From: Trichoplax sp. H2
Lineage: Eukaryota
DNA length: 64,000 bases
Direction: 5' to 3'
Assembly (NCBI GenBank): GCA_003344405.1
Contig: NOWV01000178.1
Coordinates: 1-64,000, forward strand
Made by a program: the position numbers and the translations under genes
Shown here: one piece after another, positions 12,030 through 25,516 of the stretch
Layout of the letters: every line of letters starts with the position of its first letter
Numbering within the stretch: the stretch's first letter is position 1
Notes under the pieces: model-generated
The model's input: the letters and a program-made list of their open reading frames with translations, nothing else
Told to the model about the DNA's origin: nothing
Databases searched by the model: none

Positions 12030-12930
12030 GCTACACACGATGAATCTACTGTTAGGTTTGCCCTCCCTATCATTAACCTAAGGTAAGACTTCAAGTACTA
12101 ACGATAGGAGATCATCAGGAGGAATAGTAACACAATACTGGTCTCAGTGTTACAGTGTTAAATACTGTATTACAGTAGAAATATCTATGTTAGGATAATT
12201 CTGTTAGACTATCCTTACTTAGTTAATTGAAATTAATAGTTATAATAGGGAATGCAAATCATCTACTTACAATTCGAATCATTGTGATTGTAATTTACTT
12301 ATGCTAGATTGTAAATTATCATGGAGATGTTCCGTGATAGGACATATCGTAATCTGACTATTCTGTATTAGTCATTATATGTCTATGTTTGTAAATACTG
12401 TTGTCTGCATTAAGGGAGCAGTAGCTATAATTAATATCTAATTCAGTAAATGATTCCGAGGTTAATTGTATTAACTATGACTCATGAACTATTGAGGAAG
12501 AGTATATAAATGCAGTATATCGTGAAACAAAGAAGAATTCTCCAACTTAGTGTTTAACGTAAAATACGAGGCGTTTAAGTCTTTGTGTAGTCTGCTAGTA
12601 GAGCAAAAGTGTTTGTGATAGTGTAGATATCGTTCCTTGATATGTGGTTCAAGGAATTGACTTATTGATCGTATATTAGGTTATCTTGTTGCAAAGCTGT
12701 TTTGTGACACTTAGACATAAATGAACCTAAAATTTCTTTAATAGTCGGTCAATTCATAGAAAATCTACATAAAAATTAATTATCAGTTCATAAATAATAT
12801 TATAAAACTATACAGTTTTCTATTGAAAATAGGTAAAAAGGTCATAGATAACTTGATTTGAATACATTCCTAGACAAAATATCCAATAGAATCTATGTTA
12901 CGACAGCTGAGCAAAAGTTACTCCGCAACA
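12030..12930. repeat. Dispersed repeat family member, interrupted by the 12148 LTR
   Basis: Shared blocks (ctactgt(t/c)aggttt, aagtact(a/g)ac, gtcaatt...aaatcta, gtcatagat) with ~19360-19640 and ~27520-27840. Boundaries approximate. Confidence 0.6.
12148..12709 (+). mobile_element. Solo LTR (562 bp), nested in a dispersed repeat
   Basis: Termini TGTTAC...GTGACA; TSD CTCAG/CTTAG (4 of 5); TATATAAA at ~12503. Confidence 0.8.
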
Positions 12931-13213
12931 TTGTAGAAGTATATAAACTGTAGAGATTTAAAATAGTAATGCCATTACTAAGGCTGCTCTCTCGTTCTTT
13001 TGATATTGCATGTATTATAACGAGACAATATAACTAATCCTATTATTGAAAATGTTTACCATGTTTCACATAAATAGCAAATCTTATCAGCATAAAAAAA
13101 CTAATTACAAAAATAAGGAATCCATCCTTGTGCATTACTCATTTCATCGTGTATTGAATCGCACAAATAGCCTTTTGCTTTGAAGCTATTTCTCCAACTC
13201 TTTCAACACACTC

Positions 13214-14182
13214 ATGGCTACAAATCTCACGTCGAACGGTATACTGAATCAAACAATTGTTGATTATGATCTTCTATCTACTTATGTCTACATTGTATCT
13301 ATTCCTGTATTTTTTATCGGTATTCTAGCCAATTTCTTTTTGCTTTATTTGATTTCTAGCGATAGTCAATTCAATCGCATAACTTACAAGCTTATTCGTA
13401 TCGCTGTTATTTCTGATCTTATTTCACTACATGTTTCCTTTACCGTATTTGCTATAACAGCAGCGCTGAAAACGATAAAATATTATATGGCTACAGTAAT
13501 GTGTCAAGTAGCGATTGTTATAACTTATTGCTGTTATGGAGTATCGATAACAACATTATGTATGATTAGCGTCGATCGATATTTCGCTATCGTTAGACCG
13601 TTCTCGTCTCTATATCGTAAATATAAAAAGCGAATCGCCTATCTTGGTCAAGCAATAGGTTGTATTATTTCTTTCAGTGTTTCAGGACCAAGTGTACTAT
13701 TTTTTGGTGTCTATCCAGACAAGACAAAAATTTGTGGTGTGCCAAATATGAATATCTCTGTATCAATTTATTTTCTACTTGTAACTTTGTTCTTATTTAT
13801 TATACCGTTATTGATTATTATTATTAATTATGCTCTAATTATTCGTAGTCTAGTAAGACATGTTAGACCTGGGCAACTAGCTGAAAGTAGTAATGATGAT
13901 AGATTGAAAAAGCGTAAATTCGTTCGTGTACTAATAACAATCACGAGCATTTATATACTTTCGACATGGCCATATTTTGCAAGTATCACTGGTATGGCGA
14001 TAACGCGCAGATCAATTAGAGAAATTGGAAAACTCGGTATAGAAATTTATTTAATGTTCGTAGTTTCGTTTTTTTCTACATTTGCAGTTAATGTTATAAG
14101 TCCATTTGTCTATTTTAATTTCGATTACAATATTAAGAGGAAACTATTAACGACTATTGGACGTATAATGCATAAAGAATAA
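13214..14182 (+). CDS. Intronless class A GPCR, A-type, 322 aa
   Basis: 7TM pattern; GILAN, SVDRY, TWPY, SPFVY; close paralog of the 7099 gene. Confidence 0.92.
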   Translation: MATNLTSNGILNQTIVDYDLLSTYVYIVSIPVFFIGILANFFLLYLISSDSQFNRITYKLIRIAVISDLISLHVSFTVFAITAALKTIKYYMATVMCQVAIVITYCCYGVSITTLCMISVDRYFAIVRPFSSLYRKYKKRIAYLGQAIGCIISFSVSGPSVLFFGVYPDKTKICGVPNMNISVSIYFLLVTLFLFIIPLLIIIINYALIIRSLVRHVRPGQLAESSNDDRLKKRKFVRVLITITSIYILSTWPYFASITGMAITRRSIREIGKLGIEIYLMFVVSFFSTFAVNVISPFVYFNFDYNIKRKLLTTIGRIMHKE

Positions 14183-16202
14183 TTGTCACGAGTATGTCTT
14201 TATAGTCATTATGTCGAGCATAGCTGAATTATTACTGGTATTATTCGTTTCTTTTGCATAATATTCTAGACCGCGTTGTCAGTAATTTAAAATTAAAATA
14301 TCTTGTGGATAGGCTGAACGGCTAGATATAGGCGCATCATTGATCTGTATTAGAGCAGCTGTGTTCCATGTAATAATTCTGATATGAACGTATATCATAA
14401 TTAGCAAGATCTTTCATTTATCTTTCTTCTCATATATTCATAAATATAATAATATTAGCATGCTTTAAAACTTAAAAAACATTTGGACATAAAGCAATAG
14501 ATTACTTAGAGCAAAGTTGCTATAAAAAATTTAAGGTATTTAAAAATGTTATTTGTGCTAACAGTCTGCAATAAACACGTAGAATGACAATCAATTAGTT
14601 GTAAAACAACTTTGAACTTTTCTTTGCTGGCGTTTTGTTACATGCAAATGATTTCTGCTAATACAACATCAAGCAATAGTTATGATGATAATACTTTTGT
14701 AGTTTGAAAATGAATAAGACATTTAATAACTTTAGTTAACAATGATATATAAATATCGATGAATTTAGATCGAATCAACTCTAGCCATTCTTCAACTTAG
14801 TGTACGAATGCATGGAATAAATTTATAACGAACAATTAATGAAGTACAAATAACACACTTTCTAATACTCAATTCTTATTATAAAAGAAATACTTTCTTA
14901 GATTGATTTCAATTATCTATCAACTTGAATTATAGTTGATATTGTTCCTGTTTTGTAACAATATGAAATTGAAATATCTGTTTAAACGTTCATTGTACCA
15001 CTGCGGTAACATTTTCGATATTTATAGTCCTAAATTTTTCACACTATCAAGGAAGAAATTTTCACTATATGCCCGAACAAGATTCGTTAGGAGCTCGCTC
15101 CAGTCATAAGTATGATACTTTTCTTTATGAATTCCGCATAGAAATTTTCGTTACTCTTCCACTCTACTCAATGTTAAATCATATGAGCGATCAATATAAA
15201 TGTGTATTCTCTTTGTTACAGTGATAATCGTTAGAGATTATGCGTAACATCTTTAAAACACAATCAGCCTGAAAGCTACAATCCTTAAAAATGGTAGCAT
15301 ATAAACGGTATCTCTCTATCAAGTATAGTAATGTTTAATTACCTATAGATAGCAGATTCAATCTCTACCATTTCTTAAATATGATATTTAAATATAAATA
15401 TGATGATGTAAGCCATTTTTTTGCAATCTGGCTATACGAACGTTGTTGAATACTAACCATATTCGATTGCTACTTATAAAGAAAATCGACTATGTTACGT
15501 ATTGACTTTGGTTTCTAGCTGCCATAAAGTCCTGCAAATGGGACTATTCACGTGTACATTTTCGTATATGTATCTGTGCTACGAATGAAAATTATATAAC
15601 TAAAATCTATCGGTTTTAAATTAATCACGGAAAATTTAACATAAAGTTAATAGATCGATATAGTCTTCACTAACATAGCATTTTATGTAGTGATAGATGA
15701 GCCAGCATAATGTATTATTAAGCGTGGATGATGAAAATATAGTTTATAACAATATTTTTGATTTCAGAATAAATACGCCTATAAAAAGAACCTGTAATAC
15801 GGCTGTTAATCAGTATCGATGTCTTAATTATAGTTGTTAAATTACCACGATACCTAAAAATTGAGCGGAATAGATTAGTTATGAATGAATAATAGCCTTC
15901 CGCATATGAAACTATAGCAACTAGATAAATTTAAAATATTTATGTTATTACGTATTATGGCTACACTTTCTTTCTTTCGATTCCATCTATATCATGTTCG
16001 AGAAATATAGCAAATCCTGTTACAGAATTGTTATCTACTCCATATATATATACTACTAATCTGATCAGCATAATATTTATAAGAATACACAATCAGTCCA
16101 GCAGTGCTATTTTACTTGTTTTGAATCTTATTAGTACTAATCACCTTGCATTTTAAAATTACAGCATTTTAAGATTATTGCACTGTCTCTTCTAGTACTC
16201 CC

Positions 16203-17170
16203 ATGGCTACCAATCTAGCGTTTAATAGTTCATTAAATCAAACAGTTACTGATTACAATCTTCTTAATAACTATACATATGCTACAGCTATTCCTATATC
16301 CTGTATCGGTATTCTAGCCAATTTCTTCTTACTTTATTTGATTTCCAATGATAACCATTTCAATCATATAACCTATAAACTTATTCGTATCGCCGTTATT
16401 TCGGATCTTACTTCCTTAAATTTTTCCCTTATCGTATTTACCACGTTGATATTAATAGAAACCGTCGATTATCAGATTGCCAACGCAATATGCCAAAGCA
16501 CGATAGCTATTACTTATTGCTGCTATGGAGTATCGATGACAACATTATGTATGATTAGCGTCGATCGATATTTACTGTTGTAAAACCGTTTTCATTGCTT
16601 TATCGTAAACATAAAAAGCGAATTATTTATCTTGGTCAAGCTATAGGCTGCTTAATTTCTCTCAGTATCTCAGGACCGTGTGTACTATTTCTTGGTGTTT
16701 ATCCAGATGAAACAAAGGTTTGTGATTTACCCCATGTAAATCTTTCTACATCAATCTATCTTTATTTTTTGACTCTGTTCTTGTTTATTATACCGTTATC
16801 GATTATTGTTATAAACTACTTTCGAATTATTCGCTTTCGAGTAAATTATATTCGACCAGGACAGCAAGCTGACAATCATTCTAATGATAGATTGAGAAGG
16901 AATAAATTTACTCGCGTACTCGTAACGATAACGAGTATTTATATACTCTCGACATGGCCATTTTTTGTCAATATTATTGGTATGGCTATCACGTTTAAGT
17001 CAAGAAGAGAAATAAGAAAACTAGGAACAGGAATTTATTTAATGTCATTGGTATCGTTTTTTTCTACTTTTGCGGTTAATGTCATTAGTCCTTTTGTCTA
17101 CATCAAATTTGATCATAATATTAACAAGAAATTTATTTCCATTATTCGACAAGTTTTACATAAAAAATAG
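16203..17170 (+). pseudogene. B-type GPCR split by a single 1-bp deletion just after DRY (recent pseudogene or sequencing error)
   Basis: CGATATTTACTG here versus CGATATTTTACTG in the 2518 gene (T run 16571-16573). ORFs 16203-16583 and 16595-17170 are otherwise intact and join into a full receptor. Confidence 0.85.
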
Positions 17171-17821
17171 TTATTATTATTGGCTTTTATGGTAGCTGTC
17201 AATTTTTTGGACCACAGTAGAATTTTCTCTCTCTTTAAATTTGCATCATATTCTAATTAGAGTTATCAATAACTTAAATGAAAATATTTATGATTAAAGA
17301 TTGATGGCATTTAAACCGTTTGCTTACATTTATATTGATGTTTTTTCAATGCAAATAAGTTATATACCAATATTTATTAATGCACCTCTCTTGGCTTATA
17401 TGATATTTGATAGATTAAACTGCTAAAAATAGGTATTTCATGATTAGTAATTAAGAAACTCTACTTAATGATTTCAATCCACAAAGGGGCACATGTTAAT
17501 AACCTTTGCTATCTGTCCGTAATATTTATCAACAAAAATATAAACACGCTTGAAAATTATTAGACATTTGAGGTCAAAGATACGGTTGCTTTAAGGTCAG
17601 GTTGCCATAAAAATTAAAGATGCTTCAAGAAGTTATTTTTGCCCATCTTCTAGAATAGATTCAATAAATTATCGATAGCTGACACTAAAGCACTCCTTCA
17701 GTATCGTAACATTCAAATATATATCACTAAAATTATCGGCCATAATTACGTAATTCTATTACGATAATTAATATCCACATTTCCGTTACTATATTGCCTC
17801 TTATGTGTACTAATATGCTTC

Positions 17822-18258
17822 TGTCACAAACCAGCTTTGTGACAAGCAGAACGTAAAATAAATCTCTAAATCTCTAAAAATCTGCGGATTCAGTATCCCT
17901 ACTCATAAGAATTAAGACGCCTTTGATTCTACGTTAAACTCAACTAGACAATTGAGAACTACTTTATTCAGCTATGTCACGGGCTTATATGCCCTTCTAC
18001 AGCAGCTAACATTAAAGAGTCATCTTATAAAAATACTTAGGTGAGAACATCTACTAACTAATTTTTCACAGTCGGACTACAACATGTCTATTTCACAGAA
18101 TCATTTCAGTGCACATTACAGCACAGTATTAAATTTACTATAACACATTTATAATTAGAGTAATTCCTATTGTAAGTAACTAATTGTAATATATTACCAC
18201 TATATTATATTCACCAAATTTAGATAGCTATTTCTTTACGGTAGTTCGTACCGTGACA
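17822..18258 (-). mobile_element. Solo LTR (437 bp), reverse orientation
   Basis: Termini TGTCAC...GTGACA; TSD GCTTC/GCCTC (4 of 5); left end matches the reverse complement of the 3' end of the 12148 LTR; minus-strand TATA and AATAAA near 17990 and 17965. Confidence 0.8.
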
Positions 18259-18569
18259 GCCTCTGATTACATTAATTAGTTACTACATTTGTCAAGAAAA
18301 TTATAAATAATTCACTTTGAATGACGATAATTTGGTTATTTTAAATTATTTATGCATATGCTCTTTTATTATATTCGAATGATTCTATTAGCAGTTCTGA
18401 AGCATCGATCGGGTTTTCTTCTTTACGTTACATGTGAATGTCAGAGTGCATACTACTGTACCTTGAAAAATAAATAGCAAAATGCGGTGAACTTCATATT
18501 CTATTAAGGTGATTACAATAAAGTACTTACAAAAGGAATCACCATGGTTATAATGCAGTACAGTAAATT

Positions 18570-18997
18570 GTATGTAATATTGTAATCAGAATTCTTATAA
18601 AGTAATTGAGGTTAATATATTACTGCACGACCCCTTGTGATTGTAATTCTGATTGATAGCTGATTATAGGTTGCAATATTGATGCTTATAGAAATGGATA
18701 TACTGTAGTCCAATTAACCAGAAGTAGACAGTAGATGTCCATAATTTTAAATATCATTATATTAATTTGTTTATTGAGTCAGAGTGAACTGTTAGCAAGT
18801 TAAGATAAATCGCCAAAGTTAGCTGTTATCGAGTAGTGTATAGAGCATATAAATTTGGAAGATTACTGAACAAAATCAATTCTCTGTTGTTAGATTGTAA
18901 AAGCAAAGGCCTTTAAGTTCCTGTAAGGAGTTACGGGGATGTTCGATCCCGTAAACTTCAGAAACTCAAAAAATGTTTCTACGTGATCATTATCACG
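18570..18997 (+). mobile_element. Probable degraded LTR of the same group
   Basis: Contains CATATAAA followed by AAAGGCCTTTAAGT, a block shared with the 5221 and 12148 LTRs; no clear TSD and boundaries uncertain. Confidence 0.35.
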
Positions 18998-19659
18998 AAA
19001 CTAGTTCAATAATAGTAAATGACTGTCACTAATAAATTAATTGCAGAGAACGGAAGTTAGCTGTTGTATTTTACAAATGGCGATTCGATTATATTATTAT
19101 TTTTAATTGCTAAATGGGGAGGGGAAATGGCGATGAAAGGTCAATTATTGTTTTCATGATGAAATTTGTCAAAATGGATGTTATTTACATTTTATGTAGA
19201 TTTTTGTTAGGTTTCAGCATTCTATAAAGAATTCTATGCCATTGGTTAGTTGAAATTGTAAGAACTGTTTTTTGAAGACATTGTTGCAGAAATAAATCTA
19301 GAAGATGATAGAAAGGAGCTAAAAATCTAAATTAGAAAAAATGAAAACCACTACAGAAACTAAAGCACTACGATTCTACTGTCAGGTTTATCCTCCCAAC
19401 ATTTACCTAGAGTACGACTCTAAGTACTGACAATCTTCTATCTTCAAAGAAACAGTACTACTAGTATCTTTTAGACAATACTGACCCAAACTATATTAAA
19501 AAACTAGTCAATTTATAGTAAATCTATGCACTTAACTATTAAAAACATGTAAAATGTCATAGATGAATTAACAGCAACATATTCCTAGATAAGTAACCTT
19601 AAGAAAACTAGATAACAGCAGCTATGCAAAAAGTAACTTCGTAATATGATAATAATTGG

Positions 19660-19895
19660 ATGCTTAGGATCACTAGCAGCTCCATGAAGCTTCTAAATGG
19701 TGCTATTAGCTGAAGACATTATTGCTAAAATAATTATAGAAGATGATAACTGATAATACCGAGACGTTCACAACCATCAGTAGCGCCATGAAGCTTCTAA
19801 ACAGTGGTTTTATTTGAAAACATTATTGCTGAAATAAATCTAGAAGACAATAGGCTAATACCAAGATGCTCAAAACCATCAGCAGCTCCACGGAA
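19660..19895. repeat. Tandem repeat, ~102-104 bp period, ~2.3 copies
   Basis: CCATGAAGCTTCTAAA at 19682 and 19786, CCACGGAA at 19888; a further partial unit near 19270-19310. Confidence 0.75.
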
Positions 19896-22666
19896 CGACA
19901 CAACCAATCCAAACATACGGTAGTAGTAGTCTTTTAGGAGTTTGTAATTTAATTCGTATCTTTCCACTTTTCGATTTACATTTGAGTTTTTTCAGTAGCT
20001 CTACTGTTTGAGGAAGCTAATAAATCACAAGTTTTCTATCAATTACTTCTGTGGTGAAGTATTACAAGACAGCAGCTAGACGAGACAGATATTGTTCACT
20101 GTAGTTTAATGGATTTTTAATAAAGAGTACAGGTTCCCTCTCTAATCCTAGTTTGGTCAACTTCTATGAAAGAGATACTCAAATTTTACAGTGTGGATAT
20201 CGTAAATTCAAATCAACTTGGCCCTAGCCTTAGCTTATAACTTGATACACCATACTGTAGAATATATTATGAAGTAACGATTGATAAAATAGCAGTAGCA
20301 TTTTCTAATATTCAATTAGTATCAGAAGAAATTTACTCTTATATGAAATTTAATAAGCCAATCATTGTAATCGTATAGTATTTACCTAAATGATGTTCGA
20401 GCAGCGAAACACATGTTGGATTTTGACATAAGATTACATCAAATTAAATATTGAAGGTTTAAGATAATTAAAAGTAATTTAATTAGCACTTTTGGCCGTA
20501 ATATCAACATAGAAGGTGCCTATTTATTCTCTACCAATTACATATCCAGCGTACTAAAACGGAGCTGATATGATTTTAATCAAATAAATCCTCTGTGTGC
20601 ATAACTAGGTAAGATACCGTTCAAGTTTATTAGCAAATTATAAGAACAGATTTCGTGAAGTAAGAAAAGAAATGCAGTATCAGCTTGTACAGTACTATAT
20701 TTCGCTTATTAATGTCTTTTGCAATAACATAATGGAAAGAAATATTCCACGGCCCTATAGTTCATTAAACAATATCTCTTAATAGCAAACATAATAGTTA
20801 AAAATAAAAAATTTGCAACCGCTACGAAACATCAACGGTACCCAAAAGCAAGTTAATTCCAAATATTCTGCTACTCCTTTCTATCTATATGTCACAGCTC
20901 AGTAGTTGAAACAAGAAAAACACAAGTTAATTTAAGAAACAAAGTCGTTAACAACAGTTATCTTTATTTCAAGAAAAACTATGGTTTAATAGAAACTGTC
21001 TATGTTTAACATGTTATTATAGCTATCTCTATCTCTTCATGTAGTGTTTATCACCCTAGTAAACAAATAAATAGAATTTCCTACATTTTCTCACTTTTTC
21101 CAAGACTCTTATCTAGAATAACTTTTGGCGACTATAACATTAAATATGCAATCTATGATTATAATATCAAAATACTCTAATAACAGTTATACTAAATTTA
21201 GTATTAATAAGGTATCAGTATATCACCTAATGATAAGGATCTTCTAGAAACATAAATGTATTATTCTAAGACCTATTTTTTTACTTAAGTATATTTATAC
21301 TTTACAATACTAACGGTATTGCAACACTATTACTGCCATTGAATCTTAGTATACTATTTCAATAAGGCAGACCTAAGGTTTAAAAATTTACAGTAACTAC
21401 CCTCGTATTTATAGTAGTTCGTGAATTTAACTCTTCAAGGTAAGTCAATCGGGTAGGACAGATATTCTACAACTTAGTAAATGATCTCTATGTACTTATA
21501 ATTGCTAGTTTTCGGATTTTAACTAGCTCTATGAGGTTTTGATTTATATATCATACATCGCCATTGACTATCGAACATTTAATGTAGTAAATGTACAGAA
21601 AATGGATACATACTGTAATTATGAATATACTGACTACTCTAGTACTTAGACGATCAGAGCCCTTTAGCTAGAGGTTAGTTAAGATGTAGATACTTCTGTT
21701 TGGATATTTCAACGCAACGTCTCGTAGTAAGTATGCTGTATATTAAATTATGTTCTTTCTCCTTGTTTACTTGCTAACTTTATAATAGAGTATAACTATT
21801 AATATTTAGTAAAATGTTCTAGTTTGTACAATAAGCCATGTTATTAACTGCTTTCAGGAGCTAACTAAATGCGAGTTATTGAGATTTTACAGATATAGAA
21901 GGACAGGTAAAACACATGCTTGCTGAACAGCTGGTCATTTTGCTTTGTCTCAATAAATTGCTATCGTCTTATTGTGTCTTAAATAAGGTATTTTAAAATA
22001 TAGCATATGATAATCTGTATGATTGCTTACATAACGTAGATATAATAAAAAAGTTCTGATGTATAATTTTATTAATTCTATTTATAAAATAATATGACTA
22101 CCATAATGAATAAAGATAAGATGAAAGAAAAATTGTTTTATTAGAAATTTAGACAGCAGCAAAACTTACGATGCTATTATACAGGATTAACAACAACTAA
22201 AGTAGAAAAAGCAAACGATACAAGAACAATTATTCTATTTAATATGATTTTTATATTGTTATAGGTCAATTTGAACAAACTATATAATTAAAAATCTCGT
22301 ATAATAGTCTACGTCTTTAATTGGATAGTTAATAGATAAAGGAAGATAGGTTAATATATTTTAATATATTGGTTGTCAATTTGTAAAACCCTGTACCGAT
22401 ATACCCATCCGTTTTCGTAATACTTTAAATCTATCGTAACAATAAATAATAAAATAAATTAAACTTATTTTTACATGCCATGTTGGTGAATGCTTTAGGA
22501 TAAGCAAACAATGTAATTAACTTCTGTTCCGTTGCACTGTTATTTTATCATTTATTGTTCTATTTTGATAACACTATTGGATAATTAATGCTGTCAATTA
22601 AGATATTTCGGATGATATAACTATTAGTCTTACCATAATCTCGTCAATTTTTTGTTTTAGCTAGAC

Positions 22667-23641
22667 ATGATGATGGCTAATCATTCCGAATTCGATAATT
22701 TCACGCAAGATAGCAACGGCATCAACTATAATTTAATGTTTACTTATTCCTATATTGCGGCCATTCCTATCTTTATAGTTGGCTTTATTGCCAATTGTAT
22801 TTTGCTTTACCTGATCAATACCGATAAATATTTTCGTAAAATGACCTACCATCTAATACGTATAGCGATTATTTCTGATCTTATTTCCTTAACGACTTCC
22901 ATCATTGTATTTGCAATATATGCTAGTGCAAATATTGGATATTCTCTCGGCTCGATCCTGTGCAAGTTAATTTTATTCGTTACGTATAGCTGCTATGGAG
23001 TTTCCTTAACCTCGTTATGTGTGGTTAGTATAGATCGATATTATGCAGTTATAAAGCCTCTGACATCAGTCTACCATTATCAACTAAAAAGACAAATTAT
23101 TTATATTGGTCAAACGATTGGTTGTTTAATAGCTCTAGGTGTTTCAGTCCCAATTACAGCATACAGTAATATTCATATCAATGAAACACAATTTTGCGAT
23201 ATACCCAATATGGACCGTAACATTACAACTTACTTACTATGTTTAGTTTTCATATTATACATTTTACCACTATCTATTATAACGATAAATTATATTAAAA
23301 TCATTCGTTTTCAATATACTTATGTACGACCTGGTGAATCTAGCTATCGAAGATGTGACAACGTTCAGTTGAAAAAGAAAAAATTTATTAGAATGTTAAT
23401 TACAATTACTTCTATCTATCTGTGTGTTACTTGGCCTTTTTTCGCCGTTCTAGCTGGCATGGGGATTTCACTCAGATCACTTAAGCAAATAAGAGAGATG
23501 GGACTTGGATACTATCTCATTGCCTATACAGCATTTGTAACTACATTTGCTATCAATATTCTGCAGCCATTTATTTATTTTAGATTTGACTATAACATTA
23601 AAAGGGTAATGAAAGATCGATTTGGACACTTTTCATGCTGA
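22667..23641 (+). CDS. Intronless class A GPCR, divergent family member, 324 aa
   Basis: 7TM pattern; GFIAN, SIDRY, TWPF, QPFIY; clearly more distant from the other copies. Confidence 0.92.
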   Translation: MMMANHSEFDNFTQDSNGINYNLMFTYSYIAAIPIFIVGFIANCILLYLINTDKYFRKMTYHLIRIAIISDLISLTTSIIVFAIYASANIGYSLGSILCKLILFVTYSCYGVSLTSLCVVSIDRYYAVIKPLTSVYHYQLKRQIIYIGQTIGCLIALGVSVPITAYSNIHINETQFCDIPNMDRNITTYLLCLVFILYILPLSIITINYIKIIRFQYTYVRPGESSYRRCDNVQLKKKKFIRMLITITSIYLCVTWPFFAVLAGMGISLRSLKQIREMGLGYYLIAYTAFVTTFAINILQPFIYFRFDYNIKRVMKDRFGHFSC

Positions 23642-25516
23642 TAGTGTTGTCTACTTTAACTTCGTGCTGCCATCATTGAAAAAATTTTAATTATTTACAT
23701 AAATGAGATTTATTTAGAGCATACCAGAATCTGATACGCGTCACGCTTATACTTCTACATATGTGGCTGAGTTTATGATTGATTAATATTGTTCCTTCTT
23801 TATACATTTTTATGCCAATAATTAATATGAACATGCATTTATTCAGTATACGAGTATGTGGAAACTATACGCGTATGTTAAATTTGTCCAAAAGGATTTC
23901 TTTGCATGATCAGTATAATTATATGGTTACGAAATATATTACATTAGGAACGTTTACTTAAATAAAATCTTAATTTTTAGATTGCTTAACATCAGTTTTC
24001 TAATATAATAGTGAAAACTTATCATATCTTCGAGATTAATTATAGTACTCAATATACGAGTATACAAAATAATGTCAAAAAATGTGTTAATCTGTAAATT
24101 ATTGATCGTAACTTCATCATACTGCCAGCTATCATATTGTATATAAGGTAGATCAGAGTTATTAGTTCTAATATAGGATCTTAACACTTACGGCTGAGAT
24201 CGAAAAAAAATAAATTGAATCAAATTAAGCGATTCAAAATAATTATTTTAGCCAAAATTTTTGCACCCATACAGACTTAAGCGAATAATAAGTACGGTCA
24301 TCTTTAAGAGACTAATTCTTTATATGCGAAGGCAGTCAAAATTTGATTAAATTTATTACTAGTTCTTTGTTATAATCTTCTCTATTTCGATTGCTCAAAT
24401 AAAAGACAAGTAGAATGCTCTTAATAATCAGTGAAATGAAGAAAAAATTTACAGTGTTTTCATGGATGAGAAGCCACTCGAAATTCAAATATCAGTCCTT
24501 TGTCATAATTCATAAACATCGTGATATCGCTAGATTATTTTATAACATGAGATTTATGTATAAATCTAGTATAATCATGAAGAGACTATTTCTCTATCCA
24601 AGAAGTCACTTATAATTCGATTATTAGTTCTGGATCACAATCATCCTTATGATATGAAATAGTATGATAACATGAGAAATATATTTAAAATCAACGAAAA
24701 ATGAATTATTTCTAGGCTTAAGAAATCACTCAGGTTCGATTTGTTAGTCCTTGTCGCAATCATCCTGATGTTTTCCAGCCTTACATCAATATGGAAGTTA
24801 TTTTTTGCCATCAGAGTATGTATGAACAAGCCATTTCTATGTATTGCATAAGAACTTACTCATAATTCAATTATTATTAATCTCCGTGCACAATCATTTA
24901 ATGTTATACTGGAATATAATGATACATGAGATTTCATATGACGATCAGAATAACCAGGATGAGGATATATAAATGCATAAAAGGTCATTAAAATACGATT
25001 ATTAGTCATTCCAAGCAATTTATTACCAATCTTGCGATATAAAAATTAACTAATGATAATACCGATATTTTACGTTTGAGAATCAATTTGCATTAATATT
25101 GGTATTTTAATTGAATTATTATATCACTTCGATTCAATACAGTCATTAATTTGTTTACTGTAACTAGAAAAAGAGAGTTAATAAAATTATAAAAATGTGA
25201 AAATAACTTTTCGTCTAATACATTATTATAAAGTGAATAACTTAAATATTAATGATGATATAAGATTGAAACTTTTCCATTTCCTTTTGTATTATTTATA
25301 GTTAGTTAGCTATCTATAAAATGTTTATTGTGTTAGCTTTACTGCGAGTAGAAAGACTGTTCTTCGTTTCTTATAAATAGTGAATCGAATCTATGTAAAA
25401 ATAATAACTTTAAAATGATATAACTGGCCTTACTATACCATTATCCGTCTTCGATTATGTCGGAACAAAATTCTCCGACATTTCGAAATTATTAATCTGG
25501 GTCTTCTAGTACACTT

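Noticed and set aside
19660..19895. Repeats considered as a CRISPR-like array
   Set aside because: Whole units are similar with no unique spacers, and the context is eukaryotic with no cas genes.
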